DNA of 64,000 nt, from the NCBI GenBank assembly GCA_028697455.1, contig JAQVEZ010000002.1, forward strand, positions 89,921 to 153,920, read 5' to 3'. This document shows, one piece after another, positions 1 to 7,648 of the stretch. A program made the position numbers and the translations under genes. The notes below the pieces were generated by a model. That model was not told where the DNA came from. It did no database searches and saw nothing but the letters and a program-made list of their open reading frames with translations. How positions within the stretch are numbered: position 1 is the first letter of the stretch; each line of letters begins with the position of its first letter. This DNA comes from Minisyncoccota bacterium. GTDB lineage: Bacteria > Patescibacteriota > Minisyncoccia > Phycocordibacterales > UBA1006.

Positions 1-368
1 ATAATAGAATAAGAACGGGGGTCCTTGATAAAGAAACAGGGAAAACTCAATACCTCACTCTTCAAACCTTGGCTGATAAATGCGTCTGGTCAAAAGAAAG
101 TCTTTATATTTATTGTGGGGTTCCCCTTTCTCTTGTTGGAAATGAATACCCTGATCTTTGGTATCAAGGGCTTCAATCATTTACCGATAGTCTTTGGGGG
201 ATTAGTGTTGAGAGTTTCAAGGAGGTTCAAATTTCTAACCTTTCAAGAGAGTACGAAGTAAACCTTGATATAGAAAAAATGGGAATTGACGAAAGAAACG
301 GCTACCTTTATTTTATTGATAAGAATACAGAATTCCTTTGGAGTTATAGATTAGATGCCTCTTCATAG
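1..368 (+). CDS. 3' end of a CDS that begins upstream of the window; hypothetical protein
   Basis: Frame 3 is open from position 3 to the stop at 366-368 (…NRIRTGVLDKETGKTQYLTLQTLADKCVWSKE…DASS*). A terminator-like hairpin cctcttc-ataga-agagg-ttttt follows it. Confidence 0.4.
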   Translation, partial: NRIRTGVLDKETGKTQYLTLQTLADKCVWSKESLYIYCGVPLSLVGNEYPDLWYQGLQSFTDSLWGISVESFKEVQISNLSREYEVNLDIEKMGIDERNGYLYFIDKNTEFLWSYRLDASS

Positions 369-411
369 AAGAGGTTTTTCTATTATAATGAAAGTATAGT
401 ATACTTTTAGT

Positions 412-2256
412 ATGTCATTTTTGTCGAGACTTTTTGGATCTTCTCAAAAAGAAGAACCTAAAAAAACAGTTTCTCCTATTTTACCAGGAGAAATTTATAA
501 AACAGCAAAACTCCAACTCCAAGATATTCTTGCACCCGCTGCCGTTGAAATTAATTCAAAGTTTGTAAAGATTGCAGGAAAAACTTCAAAGACTTTTTTT
601 ATCATGTCGTATCCGCGATTTCTTACTGATGGATGGCTCGCCCCTATTATCAATCTTGATAAGGTTTTTGATGTGGGGATACACATACAGCCAATTGCAA
701 CTGATAAAATCCTTAACGAGTTCAAGAAAAAAGTAGCTGAAGTTCAATCACAAATTAGTATCCGAGAGTCAAAAGGGCTTGTTCGTGATCCTATTCTTGA
801 TACTGCTTATCGAGATCTTGAGCAATTACGAGACGCTCTTCAACAAGCACAAGAAAAAATCTTTTCTGTAGGATTGTATTTTACTATTTATGCCGAAGAC
901 GAAGACGAGCTTTTCAAAACAGAAAATGAAATTCGCTCTCTCCTTGAATCAAAACTTATTTATGCAAAACCTGCGCTTTTTCAGCAAATGGAAGGATTTC
1001 TTTCGGTTGCCCCTCTTGCAAAAGACCGGCTTGAAGTCTATACCAAACTCAACACGGGGCCAGTGTCATCCTTCTTCCCGTTTATTTCTTCTGAACTTAC
1101 TGATGATAAGGGGATTCTCTATGGAATAAACCGACATAACTCGGGACTTATTATCTTTGACCGCTATTCTCTTCCAAACTACAACTCTGTTATTTTTGCT
1201 ACTTCGGGAGCGGGAAAATCATACGCAACAAAACTTGAAATTTTGAGAACCATGATGTTTGAAACAGAAGTTATTGTCATTGACCCCGAGCGAGAGTATG
1301 AATATCTTGCAGAAGCTGTTGGGGGAAGATATTTCAACATCTCTCTATCCTCAGAGCATCATATCAACCCCTTCGATGTGCCAAAACCTCTTGATGATGA
1401 AGATCCCGCTGATGTTTTGCGGACGCATACTATTCACCTTGTAGGACTTTTTAGAATCCTTTTAGGAGGACTCACTCCAGAAGAGGATTCCGTTATCGAC
1501 AGAGCCATCACTGAAACCTACGCACTCAAGGACATCACCCCTCAAACTGACTATTCACGAATTCAACCACCACTAATGTCAGATTTTGAAATGGTTCTTT
1601 CCTCTATGGAAGGGAGCGAATCACTGCTCACTCGACTCACCAAATATACTCACGGTACATGGGCTGGTTTTATTAATAAACCTTCAAACGTTGATATCAA
1701 CAAAAAACTTGTTGTTTTCTCTATTCGAGATATGGAAGATGAGCTGAAGCCAGCAGCGATGTACATTATTACTCAGTTTATCTGGAACGCCGTAAGAAAG
1801 AACATCAAAAAGAGACTTCTCGTTGTTGATGAGGCATGGTGGATGATGAAATCAGACGATACTGCTTCATTCCTCTTTATGATTGCAAAAAGAGGTCGTA
1901 AATACTATCTTGGACTTGCTACGATTACTCAAGACGTAGGGGACTTTATCAAGTCACGTTATGGAGTTCCTATTATCACCAACTCATCGATGCAAATCCT
2001 CCTCAAACAATCCCCAAGCGCCATCGATGATCTCCAAAAGATTTTTAGACTCACTGATGAGGAAAAATTCCTCCTTATAGAATCAGGGCTCGGAGAAGGA
2101 ATTTTCTTTGCGGGGCTTAAACATGTTGCTATCAAGGTTGTTGCTTCTTATACCGAAGACCAAATTATTACTTCAGATCCAGCTCAAGTTCTCGCTATCA
2201 AAAAATCAAAACAAGAGCTTCGATCGTCTGGAGGAGAAACTGCTTTTGTAAACTAA
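412..2256 (+). CDS. VirB4/TrbE/TraC-family type IV secretion or conjugation ATPase
   Basis: 614 aa. Walker A FATSGAGKSYATK, Walker B LLVVDEAWWMM, and a C-terminal GLATITQ motif typical of the VirB4 family. Confidence 0.7.
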   Translation: MSFLSRLFGSSQKEEPKKTVSPILPGEIYKTAKLQLQDILAPAAVEINSKFVKIAGKTSKTFFIMSYPRFLTDGWLAPIINLDKVFDVGIHIQPIATDKILNEFKKKVAEVQSQISIRESKGLVRDPILDTAYRDLEQLRDALQQAQEKIFSVGLYFTIYAEDEDELFKTENEIRSLLESKLIYAKPALFQQMEGFLSVAPLAKDRLEVYTKLNTGPVSSFFPFISSELTDDKGILYGINRHNSGLIIFDRYSLPNYNSVIFATSGAGKSYATKLEILRTMMFETEVIVIDPEREYEYLAEAVGGRYFNISLSSEHHINPFDVPKPLDDEDPADVLRTHTIHLVGLFRILLGGLTPEEDSVIDRAITETYALKDITPQTDYSRIQPPLMSDFEMVLSSMEGSESLLTRLTKYTHGTWAGFINKPSNVDINKKLVVFSIRDMEDELKPAAMYIITQFIWNAVRKNIKKRLLVVDEAWWMMKSDDTASFLFMIAKRGRKYYLGLATITQDVGDFIKSRYGVPIITNSSMQILLKQSPSAIDDLQKIFRLTDEEKFLLIESGLGEGIFFAGLKHVAIKVVASYTEDQIITSDPAQVLAIKKSKQELRSSGGETAFVN

Positions 2257-2264
2257 AACTCCTT

Positions 2265-2732
2265 TTATTTGGGAGTTTTTTTCTTGATAATAAGATAACG
2301 TTCTTTTCCTTCTCCCTCTGAATAAGAGTAGAGGAGGGGGTTTTTTTTGATCATTGAGTGAATAATCATTCGTTCAAAAGCATTACTATACTTAAACTCA
2401 TACGGCTTATCAAAAAAGAGTACCCGTTCTGCTGCAATGAGTGCTTTTTGTTTTGCTTCTGCAACAAAATGGATATTCTTTTTGTTAATATCAAAAATAC
2501 TATCTTGGTAGAAATGATATTTTTTTTCAAAAAGAAGTTTAAAAAAATGGCTAAAATCTCGAAGCACTTCATTATTATTTTCAAAAAAAATACGTTCCTC
2601 ATAAGAGGGGACACGTATTGAAAAAAAGAGGATACGAAGATCGTTATCGAAAAAGGTTGTTATTTCTTTGGTTTTTATGCCCATCATTTCAAGAACAAGC
2701 TTTATTTCTTTGATATAAAGATCCTTTTCCAT
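2265..2732 (-). CDS. Jag/KhpB-like R3H-domain protein
   Basis: It lies immediately downstream of yidC, the conserved position of jag. An R3H-like motif FERMIIHSMIKKNP is present. At 155 aa it is shorter than a typical Jag. Confidence 0.45.
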   Translation of the reverse strand: MEKDLYIKEIKLVLEMMGIKTKEITTFFDNDLRILFFSIRVPSYEERIFFENNNEVLRDFSHFFKLLFEKKYHFYQDSIFDINKKNIHFVAEAKQKALIAAERVLFFDKPYEFKYSNAFERMIIHSMIKKNPLLYSYSEGEGKERYLIIKKKTPK

Positions 2733-2768
2733 TAAAAATAATTATAGCACTTTTTGAAGGAAAATAAA

Positions 2769-3482
2769 CTATGCTTGTTTTTTAAGGAGTTTTTTATGAA
2801 AAATCAATTCCTGAATAATCATAAAGAGGTTTGACGTTACCCAATAAACAGAAACCTCAGGCCCAATAACATAAGAAAAGATCATGAGCATCCCTGGAAT
2901 AATATATTTCATAAAACCATTCATAAGAGCCATAACTTTTTCTTGGTCAGTTGAATCATTCGTTAGGGTTGGTTGGTTGACCTTGTTAGACCTATGCATG
3001 TAAATATACTGTGTTACCCCCACAAAGAAAGCAAGGATGAGATTCTTTTTTGAAAAATCAATAATCCAATGAGCATTCACAAAACCTGGGTTATCAACAA
3101 AAGAATAAAGGAGATCAGTATTAATTTCTATTCCCCCATCACGAAAAACAAGGTACAGGGCAATGATAATAGGAAATTGTATCAGCAAGAGAAAGAAACT
3201 TGAAAAAGGATTAATCCCTTCTCTTCGATAAATTTCAAGAGTTTTTTTTGCCTGCTCTTGTTTATCTTTAATTTTTTTAATTTCCCGAAGTTCTGGTTCG
3301 ATAAGCTTGTTTTTTATTTGCGTTTTAACAACCTTATATGAAAGAGGAGAGATAATGAATCTCACAATAACAGTAAGGAGAACGACCGCAAGGAAAAGTG
3401 AATTATGAGGTAAAAATCCTACAAAAAAAACAAGCGCATTGTAAAGGGGTTGGTAAAAAAGAATATTCCAGAGAGTAATCAT
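2769..3482 (-). CDS. yidC: Membrane protein insertase YidC/Oxa1 (short form)
   Basis: It has a multi-TM 60-kDa-insertase-like core. It sits in the conserved rpmH-rnpA-yidC cluster. Confidence 0.85.
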   Translation of the reverse strand: MITLWNILFYQPLYNALVFFVGFLPHNSLFLAVVLLTVIVRFIISPLSYKVVKTQIKNKLIEPELREIKKIKDKQEQAKKTLEIYRREGINPFSSFFLLLIQFPIIIALYLVFRDGGIEINTDLLYSFVDNPGFVNAHWIIDFSKKNLILAFFVGVTQYIYMHRSNKVNQPTLTNDSTDQEKVMALMNGFMKYIIPGMLMIFSYVIGPEVSVYWVTSNLFMIIQELIFHKKLLKKQA

Positions 3483-3521
3483 AAAAAGAATTGTAGCATG
3501 ATCTTCAAAAAGAAGGTAGGA

Positions 3522-3842
3522 CTAAACAAGCGATTCCATTATTTTTTTTAATTCTTTTTCTAAATCAACAAAAGAGAGGTCTTTTGTATCTTTAAAGACA
3601 GTAATAACAACAGCAAATGAAAGCTTTTCTTGATAAGATCTCAAGAGGGCAAGAATTCTTCTTTTTTGTTTATTCCTTAAAACTCTTTTTTTGATAATTT
3701 TTTTAGGAACAAGAACCGCTGCTTTAAAGTGTTTGGAAGGAAGATATCGTAATTTAAGAAAAGACGATTTATTAACAGAACGTCCTTTTGTATAGATTTT
3801 TTTAAAATCACTACTTTTAATTCTCTGTCTTTTTGAAAGCAT
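3522..3842 (-). CDS. rnpA: RNase P protein component
   Basis: A basic 106-aa protein with KLRYLPSKHFKAAVLVPKK…RNKQKRR. It lies between rpmH and yidC. Confidence 0.85.
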   Translation of the reverse strand: MLSKRQRIKSSDFKKIYTKGRSVNKSSFLKLRYLPSKHFKAAVLVPKKIIKKRVLRNKQKRRILALLRSYQEKLSFAVVITVFKDTKDLSFVDLEKELKKIMESLV

Positions 3843-3881
3843 AGTTCTTTTTTATACTAAAAATCCCTTTTTAAAAAGGGT

Positions 3882-4028
3882 TTAAAGTGTGGTTAATTTA
3901 TTTCTTCCTTTTCGTCGTCGAGCAAGAATCACTGCGCGTCCACCAACAGTCTTCATTCGAGAAAGAAATCCATGAGTTTTATGAGCTTTTCTCACTTTAA
4001 GCTTTTTTAAGGTTTGAGATTTTGCCAT
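3882..4028 (-). CDS. rpmH: 50S ribosomal protein L34
   Basis: Hand translation of the minus strand gives [49 protein letters not shown] (48 aa). It falls below the ORF-track length cutoff. Confidence 0.9.
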   Translation of the reverse strand: MAKSQTLKKLKVRKAHKTHGFLSRMKTVGGRAVILARRRKGRNKLTTL

Positions 4029-4114
4029 AACAATAGTAACTAAGGTTTAATAATAATATGCACCTTATACTATAGAAAAAAGAAAAAGAATCAAGTGTCT
4101 TTTAATCAAAAAAA

Positions 4115-4123
4115 TTATCCACA
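4115..4123 (+). promoter_or_regulatory. Perfect DnaA box TTATCCACA in the rpmH-dnaA intergenic region
   Basis: Exact 9-mer. A one-mismatch box TTTTCCACA lies at 4155-4163. A TGTATAAT-like -10 element sits at 4175-4182. Confidence 0.7.
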
Positions 4124-4201
4124 GACTTATACACGTTTTACAATTTTTGTCTTTTTTTCCACATATGAGATTCTCTAGTATAATAAGAAAGTAATTGCTC
4201 T

Positions 4202-5554
4202 ATGAATACTATTGATAAAATCTGGAAAAACATTCTAACAGAAATAGAACTCGAAATATCAAAACCTAATTTTAATACTTGGTTCAAAAAAACCTTCGCT
4301 CTCAATAAAGAAGGTGGTGTTTTTATCATTGGTGTTCCTAACGAGTTTAATAAGGAGTGGCTTCATAGTAAGTTTCACGAAATGATCCTCGAAAAACTTC
4401 AAAAATACGATGAAGGAATAAATTCAATAGAATATAGGGTTAAAAAACAAAATCTCGAGAAGAAACCTGCTCCTTTTGAAGAAGAGGGGAAGAAAAATTC
4501 AGGAAGAACACTTCCTTTTGAAATGAACACGGTAAACAAGGAAACGGGATTAAACGAAAAGTATTCGTTCCATTCGTTCGTTGTAGGACCCTTTAATGAA
4601 CTCGCTTACTCAGCGGCTCAAGCTATTATAAAGAAACCAGGAGTATATAATCCTCTCTTCATCTATGGATCAACAGGATTGGGGAAAACTCATCTTATTC
4701 AAGCAACAGGTAACAAAATAGCTCAGGATTATGAAAATTTAAAGATTTTTTATACGAGTTCAGAAAAATTTTCTCAAGATTACGTAAACGCTCTCAAAAA
4801 CAACTCAATAAACGCCTTCAAAAACAAATACCGAAGTTATGACCTCCTTATTATGGATGATATTCAATTCTTTTCAGGAAAAGAAAAACTTCAAGAAGAA
4901 CTCTTTCATTTGTTCAATATTCTTTATGATAAAGAAAAACAAATAATCTTTTCATCTGATAAACACCCAAATTATATTATTGGGCTTGAAGATAGATTAC
5001 GGTCTCGATTTTCTGCAGGGATGATTGTTGATATAACCAAACCCGATTACGAATCAAGATCTGCCCTCCTTAAAACAAAAGCAAGTCAAAGAAAGATACC
5101 TATTAATGAAGACGTTGTAGATTTCTTGGCATCAAATCTTGATGGAAATATTCGTGACCTCGAAGGAATCCTTAATTCTATTAATATTCAAACAGAATTA
5201 AAACAAAAGAAACTTTCAATTCAGGATGTTAAAGCTCTTATAAAAAATAATATAAAACCCAAAAAACATCTTGCAGTGGATGAGATTATAAAAATAGTTT
5301 CTGAATTCTATAATACTGAGACAGAAAAGATATACGACAAAACAAGAAAAAAAGAAGTTGTATATGTAAGACAAATTATTATGTATATCCTAAGAGAATT
5401 CTTTAATGTCTCATATCCAACAATTGGGAAAGAAATTGGTGGAAGAGATCATACGACCGTTATTCATTCATACGAAAGGGTAAAAGAATTTATGAAAGAA
5501 GATCCAAACATTGTTCAAGAAATAGATCAATTAAAAGCAATCCTTGATGTGTAA
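4202..5554 (+). CDS. dnaA: Chromosomal replication initiator DnaA
   Basis: Walker A GSTGLGKTHL and LIMDDIQF. The C-terminal DNA-binding domain contains IGGRDHTTVIHSYERV. Confidence 0.97.
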   Translation: MNTIDKIWKNILTEIELEISKPNFNTWFKKTFALNKEGGVFIIGVPNEFNKEWLHSKFHEMILEKLQKYDEGINSIEYRVKKQNLEKKPAPFEEEGKKNSGRTLPFEMNTVNKETGLNEKYSFHSFVVGPFNELAYSAAQAIIKKPGVYNPLFIYGSTGLGKTHLIQATGNKIAQDYENLKIFYTSSEKFSQDYVNALKNNSINAFKNKYRSYDLLIMDDIQFFSGKEKLQEELFHLFNILYDKEKQIIFSSDKHPNYIIGLEDRLRSRFSAGMIVDITKPDYESRSALLKTKASQRKIPINEDVVDFLASNLDGNIRDLEGILNSINIQTELKQKKLSIQDVKALIKNNIKPKKHLAVDEIIKIVSEFYNTETEKIYDKTRKKEVVYVRQIIMYILREFFNVSYPTIGKEIGGRDHTTVIHSYERVKEFMKEDPNIVQEIDQLKAILDV

Positions 5555-5761
5555 AAAGCTGTTAATAAACTTCTCATAAGTTCTGAACAATTTGTTAACA
5601 AAAAAGTTAATAAATAATATTCACAAAATTATTCAGTTTCCACATTTTTTATCCACAAGAAAAAAATAAAAAATCTCTTTAATTTATTAAACATTTTATT
5701 TAATCCCCAGAATTAACAGCCCTAATAATAGATAATAATTTTATTCTATTAAATTAATATT
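5555..5761. other. Candidate oriC / DNA-unwinding region in the dnaA-dnaN intergenic DNA
   Basis: A 207-bp, very AT-rich spacer. It contains a perfect DnaA box at 5649-5657 and three copies of the TTAATAAA motif. dnaA-dnaN is the conserved origin position. Confidence 0.5.
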
Positions 5762-6862
5762 ATGAAAATAGAAGCTCACTTAGAAAAAATTAAAGATGCT
5801 ATCTCTCGAATACAAAAAGTATCAGCAAAGAATATTAGTCTTCCTATTCTTGAAAATGTCCTTATAACATCTGGTAATAATACTCTTGTTTTAAGGACAA
5901 CGAATCTTCATGTTGGGGTTGAGATAACGGTACCAGTAAAGGTCATTGAAAAAGGGGAGGCGTTGGTTAAGCTTGAAGTCTTTAATGCCATTATTAATAA
6001 TTTAGGAAATGAAGAAGTTGTTATTTTTGAAGTTATTGATAACATACTAAAAATTACAACAGAAAAATCAGAAATGAGTATTAATCTTTTTCCTGTTGAT
6101 GACTTTCCAACACTTCCAAAAAAAGAAAATGAAGTTGAGATTAAACTTCCTCTCCCACTTTTTCTTGATGGAATACGATCGGTTATTTACGCTGCGTCAA
6201 CATCTGATATAAAACCTGAAATATCGAGTGTATATATTTATAGCGATAACAACGAAGTTATCTTTGTTTCAACAGATTCATTTCGGCTTGCAGAAAAACG
6301 AGTTGTTTTTGAAGGAAATGCTGATTTTCCAGGAATTATTATCCCTGTAAAAAATATCAATGAGTTTGTAAAAATCTTTTCTGGAATTGACGAAGAAGTA
6401 AGTGTTTTTATAGGAAAAAATCAATTTTTTGTGCAATCAGAAAATATTTTCTTTACTTCACGTTTAATCGATGGAAATTATCCAGATTACAAACAAATTA
6501 TTCCAAAAGAATCAAAAACAGAGTTTGTACTTCTCAAAGAAGAGCTTGTTCAGTCATTACGACTTGTAAATATCTTTTCAGATAGTTTTAATCAAATACT
6601 CATTAAAACAAAAAATAAAGACGGAAAAGTTGAGATTTTTTCTCGAAATACTGATGTTGGGGAAAATGAAACAGCCATAGACGCGGCAATAAAAGGCGAT
6701 GATATTGATGTGTATCTAAACCATAAATATCTTACTGATGTTTTTCCTGTTATTGGAAGTGATAGTATGAGTTTTTCATTTCTTGATAAAAACAAAGCAG
6801 CTGTTGTGCGATCAGTGGGAGATCCTTCATTTTTGTATTTGATTATGCCAATGAATCGATAA
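5762..6862 (+). CDS. dnaN: DNA polymerase III beta sliding clamp
   Basis: 366 aa, directly downstream of dnaA, with a three-domain clamp-like length. Confidence 0.9.
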   Translation: MKIEAHLEKIKDAISRIQKVSAKNISLPILENVLITSGNNTLVLRTTNLHVGVEITVPVKVIEKGEALVKLEVFNAIINNLGNEEVVIFEVIDNILKITTEKSEMSINLFPVDDFPTLPKKENEVEIKLPLPLFLDGIRSVIYAASTSDIKPEISSVYIYSDNNEVIFVSTDSFRLAEKRVVFEGNADFPGIIIPVKNINEFVKIFSGIDEEVSVFIGKNQFFVQSENIFFTSRLIDGNYPDYKQIIPKESKTEFVLLKEELVQSLRLVNIFSDSFNQILIKTKNKDGKVEIFSRNTDVGENETAIDAAIKGDDIDVYLNHKYLTDVFPVIGSDSMSFSFLDKNKAAVVRSVGDPSFLYLIMPMNR

Positions 6863-6872
6863 TACTTTTGTT

Positions 6873-7118
6873 ATGGATATAAAAAAAGTTAAAGAGTTTC
6901 TCAAGCAACGTATTCCTCTTGATGAAGAAAAAGTAATTATTTTTGAAATACTCAAAAATTATTATCCAGAACTTGATTATTTTGATTTTAAATACAGTAA
7001 AGGAACCTTATATCTCTCAAAAATTCCTCCCTTGTATCGTACTCATATCAAATTAAATAAAATGACCATCAAAAAACTCGCAAAAGAAAAAGGGCTTGGT
7101 ATCTATGATATAATATAA
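6873..7118 (+). CDS. Small conserved hypothetical protein; possibly DUF721/DciA-like
   Basis: 81 aa, immediately after dnaN. KGTLYLS…IKLNKMTIKKLAKEKGLGIYDII resembles the DUF721 pattern. The ORF is tightly packed between its neighbours. Confidence 0.35.
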   Translation: MDIKKVKEFLKQRIPLDEEKVIIFEILKNYYPELDYFDFKYSKGTLYLSKIPPLYRTHIKLNKMTIKKLAKEKGLGIYDII

Positions 7119-7120
7119 CC

Positions 7121-7603
7121 ATGATTATTATCGCTATTGATCCTGGGTACGATAGGCTAGGAATAGCAATCCTCCAAAAAGAAAAAAACAGCAAAGAAAA
7201 AATTCTTTTTTCTGAATGTTTTATAACAGAACGAGAAGAAAGTTTTTATAAGAGACTTTTTGCTCTTGGAAAAAGAATTGATGATCTTATCAAAAAATTT
7301 GAACCAAAAGCTCTTGTTCTTGAAGACTTGTTCTTTTCTCGAAACACCAAAACAGCACTCAAGGTAAGTGAAGCACGTGGTGTTATTGTTTTTCAAGCAC
7401 TTAATAACAATATTCCTATCTTTGAATATAAACCGAATCAAATAAAAGTAGCCATCACAGGTTATGGATCGGCAAAAAAAGAAGATGTTTTTTTTATGGT
7501 CAAAAAGCTTATTTCTCTTGAGGGGAGAAAATATATCGATGATGAAATCGATGCTATTGCAGCAGGGCTTACTTTTTTTGCTCACACGAATAATTTTGTG
7601 TAA
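7121..7603 (+). CDS. ruvC: Holliday junction resolvase RuvC
   Basis: MIIIAIDPGYDRLGIAI at the N-terminus and IDAIAAGLT near the C-terminus, 160 aa. Confidence 0.85.
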   Translation: MIIIAIDPGYDRLGIAILQKEKNSKEKILFSECFITEREESFYKRLFALGKRIDDLIKKFEPKALVLEDLFFSRNTKTALKVSEARGVIVFQALNNNIPIFEYKPNQIKVAITGYGSAKKEDVFFMVKKLISLEGRKYIDDEIDAIAAGLTFFAHTNNFV

Positions 7604-7648
7604 AGTCCCTTTTTTTGTAAAAAATCTCAGCTGTGTATAATAATAACA

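Noticed and set aside
7157-7585. 142-aa ORF antisense to ruvC
   Set aside because: It overlaps ruvC completely. ruvC has diagnostic motifs and this ORF has none.
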